A stretch of DNA of 63,952 nt, filler included, from Thraustochytrium aureum (taxonomy: Eukaryota), in assembly GCA_012862495.1 (NCBI GenBank). It is 5 parts of 4 records of this genome, joined end to end, with 100 filler letters (N's around TTAATTAATTAA, not from the genome) between each part and the next. Parts side by side here need not be neighbours in the genome. Positions count along the whole stretch, not along the records: positions 26,652 to 55,606 come from BLSG01000343.1; positions 55,707 to 60,950 come from BLSG01000350.1; 3 more parts are not named here. The stretch is one strand, 5' to 3'. A program made the position numbers and the translations under genes. The notes beneath the pieces are model-generated. The model was not told where the DNA came from. It ran no database searches and was given only the letters and a program-made list of their open reading frames with translations. Below, in pieces: positions 46,634 through 56,701 of this stretch (the stretch's first letter is position 1; each line of letters begins with the position of its first letter).

Positions 46634-47103
46634 TGACACGTTCGTACCTTTACCAGCTGGTTGAGCGATCATGCGAAGTGGAATTACCTATCCGATTCAT
46701 GCTGTTCTTCTCTGCTGAAGTCTGTCTGTGCTTGCTTGAAAGATCAATCGAGTCAGCGCACTGCTTCACTGCTTGGCTTGTTTGTGCTTGGAGCCGGCCA
46801 AAATGAATCGTGAGGGGCCAAGTCCAGCTGATCTCCTCGACATCCGATCAGCAAAGAATGCACCTTCTGCGATGATCTGCGATTGATCTGCAAGGTTGCA
46901 TTCCTCTCTTCGTTCATCTCATCTCTCTTCGATTCAACTGCCAGTGAAGAGCCCCAGCAGACCTGCGAAGACCCCGAGTCGCAGCAGACCCCAAGTCGCA
47001 GCAGACCCGCAAAGACTTACTACCTACATACAAACCCGGCGCTTCGCAGTGCAGCATACGGCAAGCAAGTGCAGCACGTTGGGAGAAAGCGACAGGGAGG
47101 AAA

Positions 47104-47901
47104 ATGACTCGAGTGAAGGCTCTGCTGGCTGCCCTAGTGGCGTGCGCGTTCGTGTCCAAGGGCTCTGCCGCCGCCACTGGCGCCGAGTCGCAAGGCACCC
47201 TCGTCCAACAAATCCAGGACAAGCTCGTGAGCACCAGCCCGGACTGCACCACATTCGGGCTGTGCTTTTTGAAGACAAAGGACAACTGCTGCTCGCAGAC
47301 CACTCCGAACGGGTCGCAGTTCAGGTGCTCCTCGTACACCTTGAATGGCGTCCTGTCAGTGTGCGGTTTCTGCTCGTGCCCGACCGCATCGAGGACGCCG
47401 TTCAGCTCTGCCGCTCCCCAGACCGCTGCCCTCGTGGAAACCTCCGTCTTTGACACTGACGAGCACCACGTCAACCTCATCCAGAACGATTCGCTGGCCA
47501 CTGCCGCGCCAGTGGCCGCCACGGCGGCGCCGACCGCTGCCGTGCCTGCTACGGCATCGCCGAGCTTGCCGGACTGCACCACACTCGGGTTGTGCTTTTT
47601 GAGGTCCAGGGACAACTGCTGCAGGCAGGTCACTCCCAATGGGTCACAGTATAGGTGCACTGCGTACTCCCGGAATGGCTTCCTGAATGTATGCGGTTTT
47701 TGCACGTGCCCGACCGCATCGAAGACCCCATTTACCACGACGCTCGCCCCGACGGCCCCCGTCACCTCCATGCCGACCCCCAGCTTCACCTTTCCACCGG
47801 TCCCGGGCAACATCATCTTTCCCCCGACGCCAAGCGGCGCGGCATCTTTTGGTGTGGGGTCTGCTCTGGCCGCCGTGTCAGTTCTGGCAGTTCTGGGCTA
47901 G
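47104..47901 (+). CDS. Secreted, probably GPI-anchored protein with two 8-Cys modules and S/T/A/P-rich linkers
   Basis: Signal peptide; CTTFGLCFLKTKDNCC...C...VCGFCSCP repeated twice; hydrophobic C-terminus. Confidence 0.85.
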   Translation: MTRVKALLAALVACAFVSKGSAAATGAESQGTLVQQIQDKLVSTSPDCTTFGLCFLKTKDNCCSQTTPNGSQFRCSSYTLNGVLSVCGFCSCPTASRTPFSSAAPQTAALVETSVFDTDEHHVNLIQNDSLATAAPVAATAAPTAAVPATASPSLPDCTTLGLCFLRSRDNCCRQVTPNGSQYRCTAYSRNGFLNVCGFCTCPTASKTPFTTTLAPTAPVTSMPTPSFTFPPVPGNIIFPPTPSGAASFGVGSALAAVSVLAVLG

Positions 47902-48381
47902 CTCCAAATCTTTTTTCTTTTTTCCTAGCTGTTGCTTTTTGGCCGTCACGGACGTCTCGTGTCAACAGCACCACTGTGCTGCGCCTCTGTTCTGATCCCC
48001 CGCGCTCATGCTGGCTCTGTGTTGTGCATGTGCATCGTATACTACTTACCTCAAGAGGCAAGTCCAATCGATTGGGGTTCCTTCCAATCGACGACGGGTC
48101 GGTTCGGTTGCTCCGGCCCGCATGTAGATTTGCCAGTTTTCGCGCGAAAGTGAAGAGAAGGTCGCGCTTGTCCCACTTCCAGGCCTATTCTTCTCTTCCT
48201 TTTGTCGCGTCCCACATGAAACTCGAGGAAGAAGAAGAGAGTAGAGCGCCAAAACTGCAGAGCAGCGCCCCATCAAGCAGACCCCGATCGCCCCTGCCGA
48301 AGACCCGAATCGACTCAACCGTAGCGGAATTGCGCCGAGCAAGCCCACAGGACGCCAGAACGAGCAGCAGCAGCAACAACA

Positions 48382-48780
48382 ATGTTTAACAAGTCGCTTC
48401 TCCTGGCGCTCGTCGTCTCCGTTTGCACCTTCGCTCTCGGCTCGGCCACCGAGGCCGCGGCGGACGCCGGCATCGAGCAAGCGCTCAAGAACAACATTGT
48501 GCAGCGGCTCTCGTCTAGCTCTAGCGTGGCCCAGGAGTCGTTGAACTGCATTAGCCTTGGTCTCTGCTACGTGCCGACGACAAACGACTGCTGCTCAGAA
48601 TCCAATGGAGGCACGACTACCAAAAGGTGCGTGTCGGCCACTGTCAACGGTGTGAGCACTGTCTGCAGCTTTTGCTCGTGCCCCAACTCATCTACTCAAG
48701 GGTTTAACGCCGCGCCGTCGGTCCGCGCCAGTGTCTTGCTCGCCCTCGGTGGCCTCGCAGTGGCTCCATTCATGATTTAA
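48382..48780 (+). CDS. Secreted, probably GPI-anchored paralogue with one 8-Cys module
   Basis: Signal peptide; CISLGLCYVPTTNDCC...RC...VCSFCSCP; hydrophobic C-terminus. Confidence 0.85.
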   Translation: MFNKSLLLALVVSVCTFALGSATEAAADAGIEQALKNNIVQRLSSSSSVAQESLNCISLGLCYVPTTNDCCSESNGGTTTKRCVSATVNGVSTVCSFCSCPNSSTQGFNAAPSVRASVLLALGGLAVAPFMI

Positions 48781-49454
48781 CTGGGATCTATTGGCGCTCG
48801 CGCGCGAGCGTTGAGCGGCCGAGTTCGCCTGGCCAAAGAAACCAACTCTTCTGCGATTTCCGCACCGCATCTTCGGCTTGTCATCGCTGTGTTTTCTTGA
48901 CGCTGCCGCAGCACCTTGGTTCCAAGCCCAACGCCGTGCACACTCAACTGTGCAAGAGCAGCCGTGACGGCCAGCAGCGCAGGTCGCCGTCTGAACAGCC
49001 CTGTTGAGCGCGCTCCCGGACAAAGCGCTCTCCCGAGACGTCAACGACCCTGCCAGCCAGACCAGAACCTGAAGGTTCACCTTCACCTTTGNNNNNNNNN
49101 NNNNNNNNNNNNNNNNNNNNNNNNNNNNNNNNNNNNNNNNNNNNNNNNNNNNNNNNNNNNNNNNNNNNNNNNNNNNNNNNNNNNNNNNNNNNNNNNNNNN
49201 NNNNNNNNNNNNNNNNNNNNNNNNNNNNNNNNNNNNNNNNNNNNNNNNNNNNNNNNNNNNNNNNNNNNNNNNNNNNNNNNNNNNNNNNNNNNNNNNNNNN
49301 NNNNNNNNNNNNNNNNNNNNNNNNNNNNNNNNNNNNNNNNNNNNNNNNNNNNNNNNNNNNNNNNNNNNNNNNNNNNNNNNNNNNNNNNNNNNNNNNNNNN
49401 NNNNNNNNNNNNNNNNNNNNNNNNNNNNNNNNNNNNNNNNNNNNACTCGGCACA

Positions 49455-50453
49455 ATGGCGCCGCAAAGGAAACGCGCGGCGCCGCCCAGCAGCGCGCAAC
49501 CAACCAAGGCAAGACGGCGCCGCGCTGGCGGCGCAAAGACCCTCTTGCGACCAGCTGAGCAACCCGTTGGGATTGCGCAGCGTGACGCGCGCGTTGCCGT
49601 TGTTGTGCGCAGCCACAGCCCAGCGGCAGGCGGGCTGGAGCGCGTCGTTCAGTGGGTCAAAGACATCAAAGTTGGCCCGCTTTCGGCTCGCGCCGACGTC
49701 TGGGTTAGCATCGACGCGACCAAGGCGCACGGCAAAGCCACGCGAGCGCGCGTCGAGGCCGCGATCAAGGAGGCAGGGCTCGAACCGGCGAGCGACATCC
49801 GCTTTCACGAGTACACCGAGCAGGACATGCTTGACGCTTACCCAGTGCTCGAGAAAGAGATGCGCGTCCACCCGATGCTCGGCCTGATCCGCGAGTTTCG
49901 CACGGGAGTCTATTCGCTCGCGTGGGGCTTCCACAGCGAACCGCTAAACCTCTGGTACCAGGCGCTCCCGCGGGACGAAACCGGGACCAAGCCCTATGCG
50001 CACGTGTGGGTTTTAGAGGATGACGTTGGCTTTAGTGGAGACCTGTCTTGGCTTGTCTCGCAGTTCGACGATTCCGCGGACGATCTGATCGCAGACGGAA
50101 TCTATCACGTGCGCGCCAATTGGATGTGGAGCGAGATGGTTTCCGCGTCGTACAAGGCCTCCATCCCGCTCCGCGCTCGCCTCCACGCCCGCGAGCACGT
50201 CCAGCGCGTCTCTGGCCGCTTGTTGGATCACCTTGATCGACTTGCGCGCGAGGAGGGCTTCGTTGGCTGGAGCGAGCAGGCCACGCCATCGGTGTGCCAC
50301 TTCTTGAGGCTGCATTGGTCGCAGTTTCCGCGCCACCTGGTGGGAACGCCATTCTCTTGGGATGGCCGCGTCACCCGGGCACAGTGGGACCAATACCTCA
50401 ACGGCCGCAGCCCACGCCCGAAGCGGAAACTCTACCACGCGCTCAAGTGGTAG
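49455..50453 (+). CDS. Putative GT-A-fold glycosyltransferase-like protein (DUF3405-like); start may lie in the gap
   Basis: YAHVWVLEDDVGFSGD DxD-like motif, EHVQRVSGRLL, WSE...PSVC, LYHALKW C-terminus. Confidence 0.65.
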   Translation: MAPQRKRAAPPSSAQPTKARRRRAGGAKTLLRPAEQPVGIAQRDARVAVVVRSHSPAAGGLERVVQWVKDIKVGPLSARADVWVSIDATKAHGKATRARVEAAIKEAGLEPASDIRFHEYTEQDMLDAYPVLEKEMRVHPMLGLIREFRTGVYSLAWGFHSEPLNLWYQALPRDETGTKPYAHVWVLEDDVGFSGDLSWLVSQFDDSADDLIADGIYHVRANWMWSEMVSASYKASIPLRARLHAREHVQRVSGRLLDHLDRLAREEGFVGWSEQATPSVCHFLRLHWSQFPRHLVGTPFSWDGRVTRAQWDQYLNGRSPRPKRKLYHALKW

Positions 50454-51653
50454 GTAAAGAGCGCGCCGCCCGTTGGATAGATGGTCGCGATTGAATTGAG
50501 GTTGTTCGTTTCCACGCGGTTGGTGGGACGAGGACGCCACCATCGAAGCGCGAAGCCCGCGCGCGCTGAACCACCATCGATCGAACACGGATTGCTGCTG
50601 CTGCTGCTGCTGCTGCTGCGGTGGCGCGTCCCAGCTCGTCATATCGCGCAGCTCTGTTCTGTAGGGTGGCTCGAGTCTCGCGCGGAAGGAAATTACCGAC
50701 GAAAGCACCGCAGGTAGGTACTTACCTAGAGGTACCCGCATTGACTCTTGTGCTTGCGCGTGCCACGCACCGCGCCGCGCTCTGGACATGCTCCTCGTGT
50801 TTTTGTTGTTCATCGTGTTTTGTTGTTCATTGCTGCATCGTGGGCCAGAGCGGCACAAGTCGTGCCCGGGCTTTCCTCGGTGGCCCACAACCTCACCTCT
50901 GCAGTCTCGCAGTCTTGCAGTGCGTGTGCTGTTCGGTTCCCCCGAGAGTGCGAGGATGAGGCCAGGCGCTTCCGAGTCGCTCGGCCGTGGCACTCCCGAG
51001 TCCCGAGTCGTTCCATTATTCTTGTGCTGCTGAGAGGGAAGGAAATGCACCAGTTGAGAATCACACCGCCCAGTGTATGCCTGGATGCACTCCACGCTTA
51101 GTACTCTGCTAGTACTCTACTAGTACTCTTCTCCTTCGAGCAGAAAGCAGAAATCAGTCAGAAGGCCGGCCTGCTCTGCTCTGCTTACTCCTTGTATGAG
51201 TTGAGTGATGAAGGAAGGGCAGACCGCGAAGCGACTCCGAGGCAGGCAGGCCAAGGCCGACTGCGCGCGCGCGCGCGCAAGGGACGAATCGGCAACGCGC
51301 CAGCTGCAGGAGCGGACAGCGCGCGCGAGACCGCTGGGACGGCTCGACAAGCTCGTCCCGGTTGTCCGCGCGACCCAAGGGAAAATAAAGCGAACGCGCA
51401 CGAGCCTGTGAGGAGTGCAGCGCGTTGNNNNNNNNNNNNNNNNNNNNNNNNNNNNNNNNNNNNNNNNNNNNNNNNNNNNNNNNNNNNNNNNNNNNNNNNN
51501 NNNNNNNNNNNNNNNNNNNNNNNNNNNNNNNNNNNNNNNNNNNNNNNNNNNNNNNNNNNNNNNNNNNNNNNNNNNNNNNNNNNNNNNNNNNNNNNNNNNN
51601 NNNNNNNNNNNNNNNNNNNNNNNNNNNNNNNNNNNNNNNNNNNNNNNNNNNNN

Positions 51654-54461
51654 GAGTTTCTCCGGCGCTCCGAGACGACGGACATCGTCGTCGGCGCCGC
51701 CTTTTCATCCGTAAGCATCCCGCTCTCGACGGTCGCAAGCGTCCAAGGCAGGCCCTCGGTAAGCTATGCGTCAACATCGCCAGAGCTCAGCCACAGGCTC
51801 GAGGGTTCCAGCCTTTTCACGCGGCCCGTTCCGTCAGACACCGAGACTGCCCAAGTCCTCTGTACGCTCTTACAGAGCCTCAAGGTCGCCAACGTCGCGC
51901 TCTTGTTCGTGGACGACGGGTACGGGCTCGGGTACCGTGACTCGATGTCAGAGAGTTGCGGCAAACGCAACATCGCCGTGCACCCGACGAGCTTTGACGC
52001 CGACTCGCCCGCCTCGATCTCGTTCGCGCTCGACTTTGTCCAACAGCGGCGGCTCAACATAATGGTGGTCGCTGGATTCGACGACGCAGTCGGCACAATA
52101 CTAGACCGGGGCACAGAGATGGGGCTGACCGGCCCAGGCAAGCTGCTCATCTTCAGCGACGGGGTCACCAATGACAGGCTCAAAGCCTATCTGCGCGATC
52201 GCCGAGGCAGCCTCGCGGCGCGCCAGGCTATCGAGCACGCCTTTCGAGTCCAGCCGAGCGGGGGCTTCAACGGCGCCAACTTGCAGCGCTTCTTGCACGC
52301 CTACGAGTTCGATTGGCCAGACCACATTGGCTACCTCAACAAACACATTCCCGAACTTGCGCGGCCGGGCAATGCCATCCTGAACCGCACCTTCTTCCGC
52401 GACTCGGTGGCTATAGCCAGAGAGTTTGCCCCCTTCGCCTACGACGCCGGCGCTGTAGCGTGCCGCGCTCTCGCAGCGGAAGCCAGGACCGTCGCGCAAG
52501 GCATCAATGCAAACTCAGGGGGTAGAGCGACCCAAGCAGACGACGGCGAGCTGCCGCTGCCAAAGACCCGGGACCCCGCCGAGGCGGGCGGTAGCGATGG
52601 CCGGGCTCTGTACGACTTTATCGTGAACGACTCTTTCGAGGGCGTGTCTGGGACAGTGCGTGTCGACCCAGAAACGGGAACGCGCGAGCTTTCGACGGCG
52701 ATTTTCTCCCTCCAAGGCTTTACCACGAGCGAGGTCCCGGGCGACATCCCTTCGGTCCAGGTGCGCAAGGTTGGGTTTTGGGTGGATGCAGAGTGGCGCA
52801 TAGGACTGGCGTTAGGGGCCGAGGCGGACCTGCCAGACGTCCCCCCCAGCGTTGACTTCAGCACAGAGCGCAACTTTGTCAGCACCGGCCTCAAGATCGC
52901 GTCAATGGCGTTGTCCAGCGTCCTCATCCTCGTCTGTGTCGCCCTGATCGTGTACACGTGGAAGAACGCTTCACGCGCATCTTCTCTCGCGCGCAGCCCA
53001 CCATCCTCATCATCTTCCTCGTGGGCCTTATTCTGTCGACCTTTTCGACCTTCTTCATCGGCGTCGACGACCTCGATCCCGACCTTTTCCCGCCCCAGTT
53101 TCTCGACTTTAGTTGCATGGCGTTCTTCTGGCTCTGGTCCCTCGGCAACGCCGTAACCTTCTCCGCGCTCGTGGTCAAGCTGTACCGCATTTGGCGCATC
53201 TTCTCAAACCGCGCGCTTCGCCGCATCAAGATCACCAACAACGACTTGTACCGCACAATCGTGGTCATCTGCTCCATCGACTTGATCATCCTCACTGCTT
53301 GGAGCGCGGTGTCGCCGATGACGTTCACCACGGTCGTGCTGAGGAGCGACATCTACGGCAACACGGTCGAGAGCTACGGGGACTGCGCGTCGGAGAACAC
53401 GGCCCCTTTCCTCGCCGCAGTCGTCGCCTACAACGTGGCCCTCTTCGTGGCGGGTGTCATCTTCTCCTACAAGGTTCGCAAGGCGGACTCTGACTACCAG
53501 GAGAGCCAATGGATCACGATCTCGCTCGTCTCGCAATGCCAGATGTTTATGCTTGGCGTGCCGCTCATTTTTGTGTTCGGCGCCGAGAATACGGAAGCCC
53601 GCTTCCTCGTCACCTTTTTCGTTGTCTGGCTCAACAACGTTCTGATGGTCGCCGTCCTCTTCGGCCCCAAAGTGCGCGCCGTCGCCAAGAACCTCAAGCA
53701 CGCCGCCAGCGCCAACTCGTTCACGAGCACGTCGGCCCGCCACGTCGAGGACCTGATCGTGCGGGCGACGTCGACCCTGGCGCGCGCAACACGCCCGCAT
53801 CAACGCGGAGCTCGATTCGATCCTTTGCGAGCAGCCCTCCGACAGCCCCAAGCGGCTCAGCATCGGCTCGGCCACCTCGGTGCTGGACCTCTTCAGCCTG
53901 CGCAGGTCTGCGTCGAGCCGTATTGTGGTCACTGTGCGCGACGCCAGTACGCAGTGGACTGCCTCCGACGCTTCTCGCGCCGCGGCCTGCGGCGGCGGCG
54001 GCGAAGGGCCCGCAGACAATGCCGTCAACCAGGGTTGCTTGTCTTGTGCAAAGCCTTTGCCGCCGTCGTCCAGCCGCCGCGTTGCCTTCGCTGTCGATGA
54101 CCAGGAACCCGACCCGCAGCCGCGCACGCAGCCGCGCAAGCAGAGCCTGCAAGCGATTCCGCTCGTGGACAACTTTGTCGACACTGACGACGCCAGCTCT
54201 GCGAGCGGCGCGGACTCCGTCTCAACCTCGCCGGTCAACGTCGACCTCGTGCCGCAGAAACCGCTGCTCGCTTCGTCAGCTCACTCGGTCTCGTTCAAGT
54301 CGCTCACTACGAACGACCGGGCGGTGGGCGGGCACAGCTCTGCCAGGGCTGGCGAAGAATGCGACTCGAACTGCAGCCAAGCGACGGCGACGGCGCCTGC
54401 GGGAGGGCGTGTTTCGCCTGGCAGCGTAGAGGACGCGGACGGCGCCCTCACACTGCAATGA
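51654..54461 (+). CDS. Class C (GABA-B/mGluR-like) GPCR: Venus-flytrap domain, 7TM and long tail; 5'-partial; frameshifts near 52965 and 53790
   Basis: VGAAFSSVS, SYASTSPELS, FTRPVPSD, DDGYG, FAYDA, FEGVSGTVRVD; 7tm_3 motifs AQP, FSALVVKLYRIWRIF, YQESQWI, LFGPK. Confidence 0.92.
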
Positions 54462-54560
54462 TGCGCTCGCTCGGTTCGGTTGTCAGTGCGAGGGCGGTGA
54501 TGCGCGGTTCGGTTCGGTTTTCAGTGCGAGGGCAGTGATCCGCTCGCTCGGTTCGGTTGT
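54459..54560. repeat. Imperfect 38-39-bp tandem repeat (about 2.6 copies) starting at the GPCR stop codon
   Basis: TGAT(G/C)CG...CGGTTCGGTT..TCAGTGCGAGGGC units at about 54459, 54498 and 54536. Confidence 0.85.
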
Positions 54561-54990
54561 TTGGCCTTGACAGCCTCGTGTATTTGGCTGGCTGCCTGGC
54601 GGTCAAAAGTGGGCTCATATGTTGCCTCCATCGCGACATGTACTCAATTGTTTGTACTCTTTGTTACTTTTTGTCTCATTCTTCTTGTTGATCGTGTGCG
54701 CGGTTCTTCGCTGCACGGACTCGCTCAATTAAAAGCGCGGTCGACACGCTTTCAAGAACCCTAAACTCGTCGCGTTGCCAGGCACGGCCGCAGGCAGCCA
54801 GGGTCTGGTACCTGCGAGTCCTCCAGCCAGAGTCAGCGCGCGCGAGTCCGCTGGACGACGGATCCGACACGCCACTTGACGAAGCGAGACAGCTCGCTCG
54901 CAATCGTCTAAAGCTGGATTGGAAATTGCGAGCTTTCGTTGTAGCTTGTTCTATCAAACGGACGGACGGCTCTGGCCCGCGCTGTTTTGC

Positions 54991-55470
54991 TTAGTCGGTC
55001 TCCGCATAGTCGGTGATAACCTCAGAGTCCATGGCCTTGGTCACAACTACCTTGACGTCCTTGCCGCCCGCCAAAGCGGCGCGCATCTTGGGGCCAAGCT
55101 CCTTGTCCGGCGAGTTCTCGTCCGGGCAGGACAGGTCCTCGCGGGTCTCACCATTCTCGTCCATCAGGCTGCAAAAGCCGTCGTCCGAGATGTCGAGCAG
55201 GTCGTACTTGGACACGGTCACGAACGGCGCAGTCATGTTGTGCGAGGTCGGCGAGATATCGACCTTCTTGGCACCGGTAAAGATGTCAAGGCCGGTGATG
55301 TTGGCCTTGGCGTGACCGTGCTTGCCAGTCTTCGAGGTGGTCACCTCGATCACCTTGCAGGGAAAGCCCTTGAGGAGGACAATCATGCCCTTCTTGACCT
55401 CACCAGCGCGGATCGGGTAGACCTTCTCCCCGGCCTCGCCGCCCTTGCCCGCAAACTCCTCGTCCGACAT
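54991..55470 (-). CDS. EIF5A: Translation factor eIF5A
   Basis: MSDEEF start; hypusination motif TSKTGKHGHAK; GLDIFTG. Confidence 0.97.
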   Translation of the reverse strand: MSDEEFAGKGGEAGEKVYPIRAGEVKKGMIVLLKGFPCKVIEVTTSKTGKHGHAKANITGLDIFTGAKKVDISPTSHNMTAPFVTVSKYDLLDISDDGFCSLMDENGETREDLSCPDENSPDKELGPKMRAALAGGKDVKVVVTKAMDSEVITDYAETD

Positions 55471-55650
55471 TCTGCCGACAAAAAAGAAGAAACCTTGCCT
55501 GCTCACCGCGCTCCAGTCAGCCCGCCGCAGCCCTGCCAAGCATCAACGACGCCAACCACCACCACCAATGACAACAACAACAACAACAACAACCGGCACA
55601 ACGAAANNNNNNNNNNNNNNNNNNNNNNNNNNNNNNNNNNNNNNNNNNNN

Positions 55651-55662
55651 TTAATTAATTAA
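55651..55662. other. Artificial scaffold linker
   Basis: N44-TTAATTAATTAA-N44. Confidence 0.97.
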
Positions 55663-56701
55663 NNNNNNNNNNNNNNNNNNNNNNNNNNNNNNNNNNNNNN
55701 NNNNNNGCGCCCGACGCGAGCGTCGACCCGCTCGATGGGCTTGCGCCGTGCGAGGCGCGGCCCGTGCTGGGCGTTGTTCAGATCTGGGTCGCAACTGGCC
55801 ACCGCCGGCGAGGCCTCGCGCGCCGCACGCTGGACACGGTGCGCGCACGCCGTGTACGGCTACGCCGTTCCTCGCTCTCGCGTGTGCTACTCGCAGCCCA
55901 CCAGCGAGGGCGCAAGACTGGGCCTCGCCTTCGCCTGCAGCGGAAGCCGCGCGAGCGACCGTCTCATGGTGTACTACCGGTACTCTTTATGGATGCATCC
56001 TCTTGAAACCCGGCCGACCTTGTTCGTTTGTTCACCGATGATCGACGAGCGTATTTCGAGCGCTCTTCAATCAATCCTTGATTGAAATTCATGAAGAAAA
56101 AGCAGTTGAGAAAAGGAAAAGTATAGCCGTTGGGCGCCTCCAGCGAGCTCGTGTGCCAGCTTTGGCGCGCAAGCGTTTTATTCATCCAGGAGATGCGCGT
56201 CGTTACGCGTGGCCACCGCTCTCGTGAATGAATTAGCTGCGTCGAGTGCGCCGCTGTGGCTGTGGGTCGACGAACGAGGGTTGGTAGAATGTGTCCGAAG
56301 CCCGTCAACGCTCACGCCACGGCGCAGAGACCACGGAGACGGCGCAACGCATCCAAAGCCATGCTAAGCGGTTGGTCTCAGTCGGTCAGCGCGGGAAGAA
56401 GGAGAAGCGGCTTGCGTATCGGAGGTCGGTCTCAGCGGCTCTCCAAGTGTCGTTGAGAAAGTCTTGCTTCCTATCATCGTCGTCCATGCCCTTTCGAGCA
56501 AGCAATCTCTCTGCGCGAGTCGCGTCGCGCGTGGCTCGTGCGCCCAGGTGCGCGCCACTAGAGGGCAAGCGCTCGTGGCGTGCAGCGCAGGACCGCGAGA
56601 CCTGGACAGAGGCACAGGCTAGGCGAGGTGGAGCAGTCGCCCTTGTAGACACGGTGAGGCGCTCCAATAAGTAGAGCAGCGCTGCTGCTGCTCACAGCAG
56701 C

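Noticed and set aside
54459..54560. 38-39-bp repeats as a CRISPR-like or guide array
   Set aside because: Contiguous imperfect tandem copies with no unique spacers.
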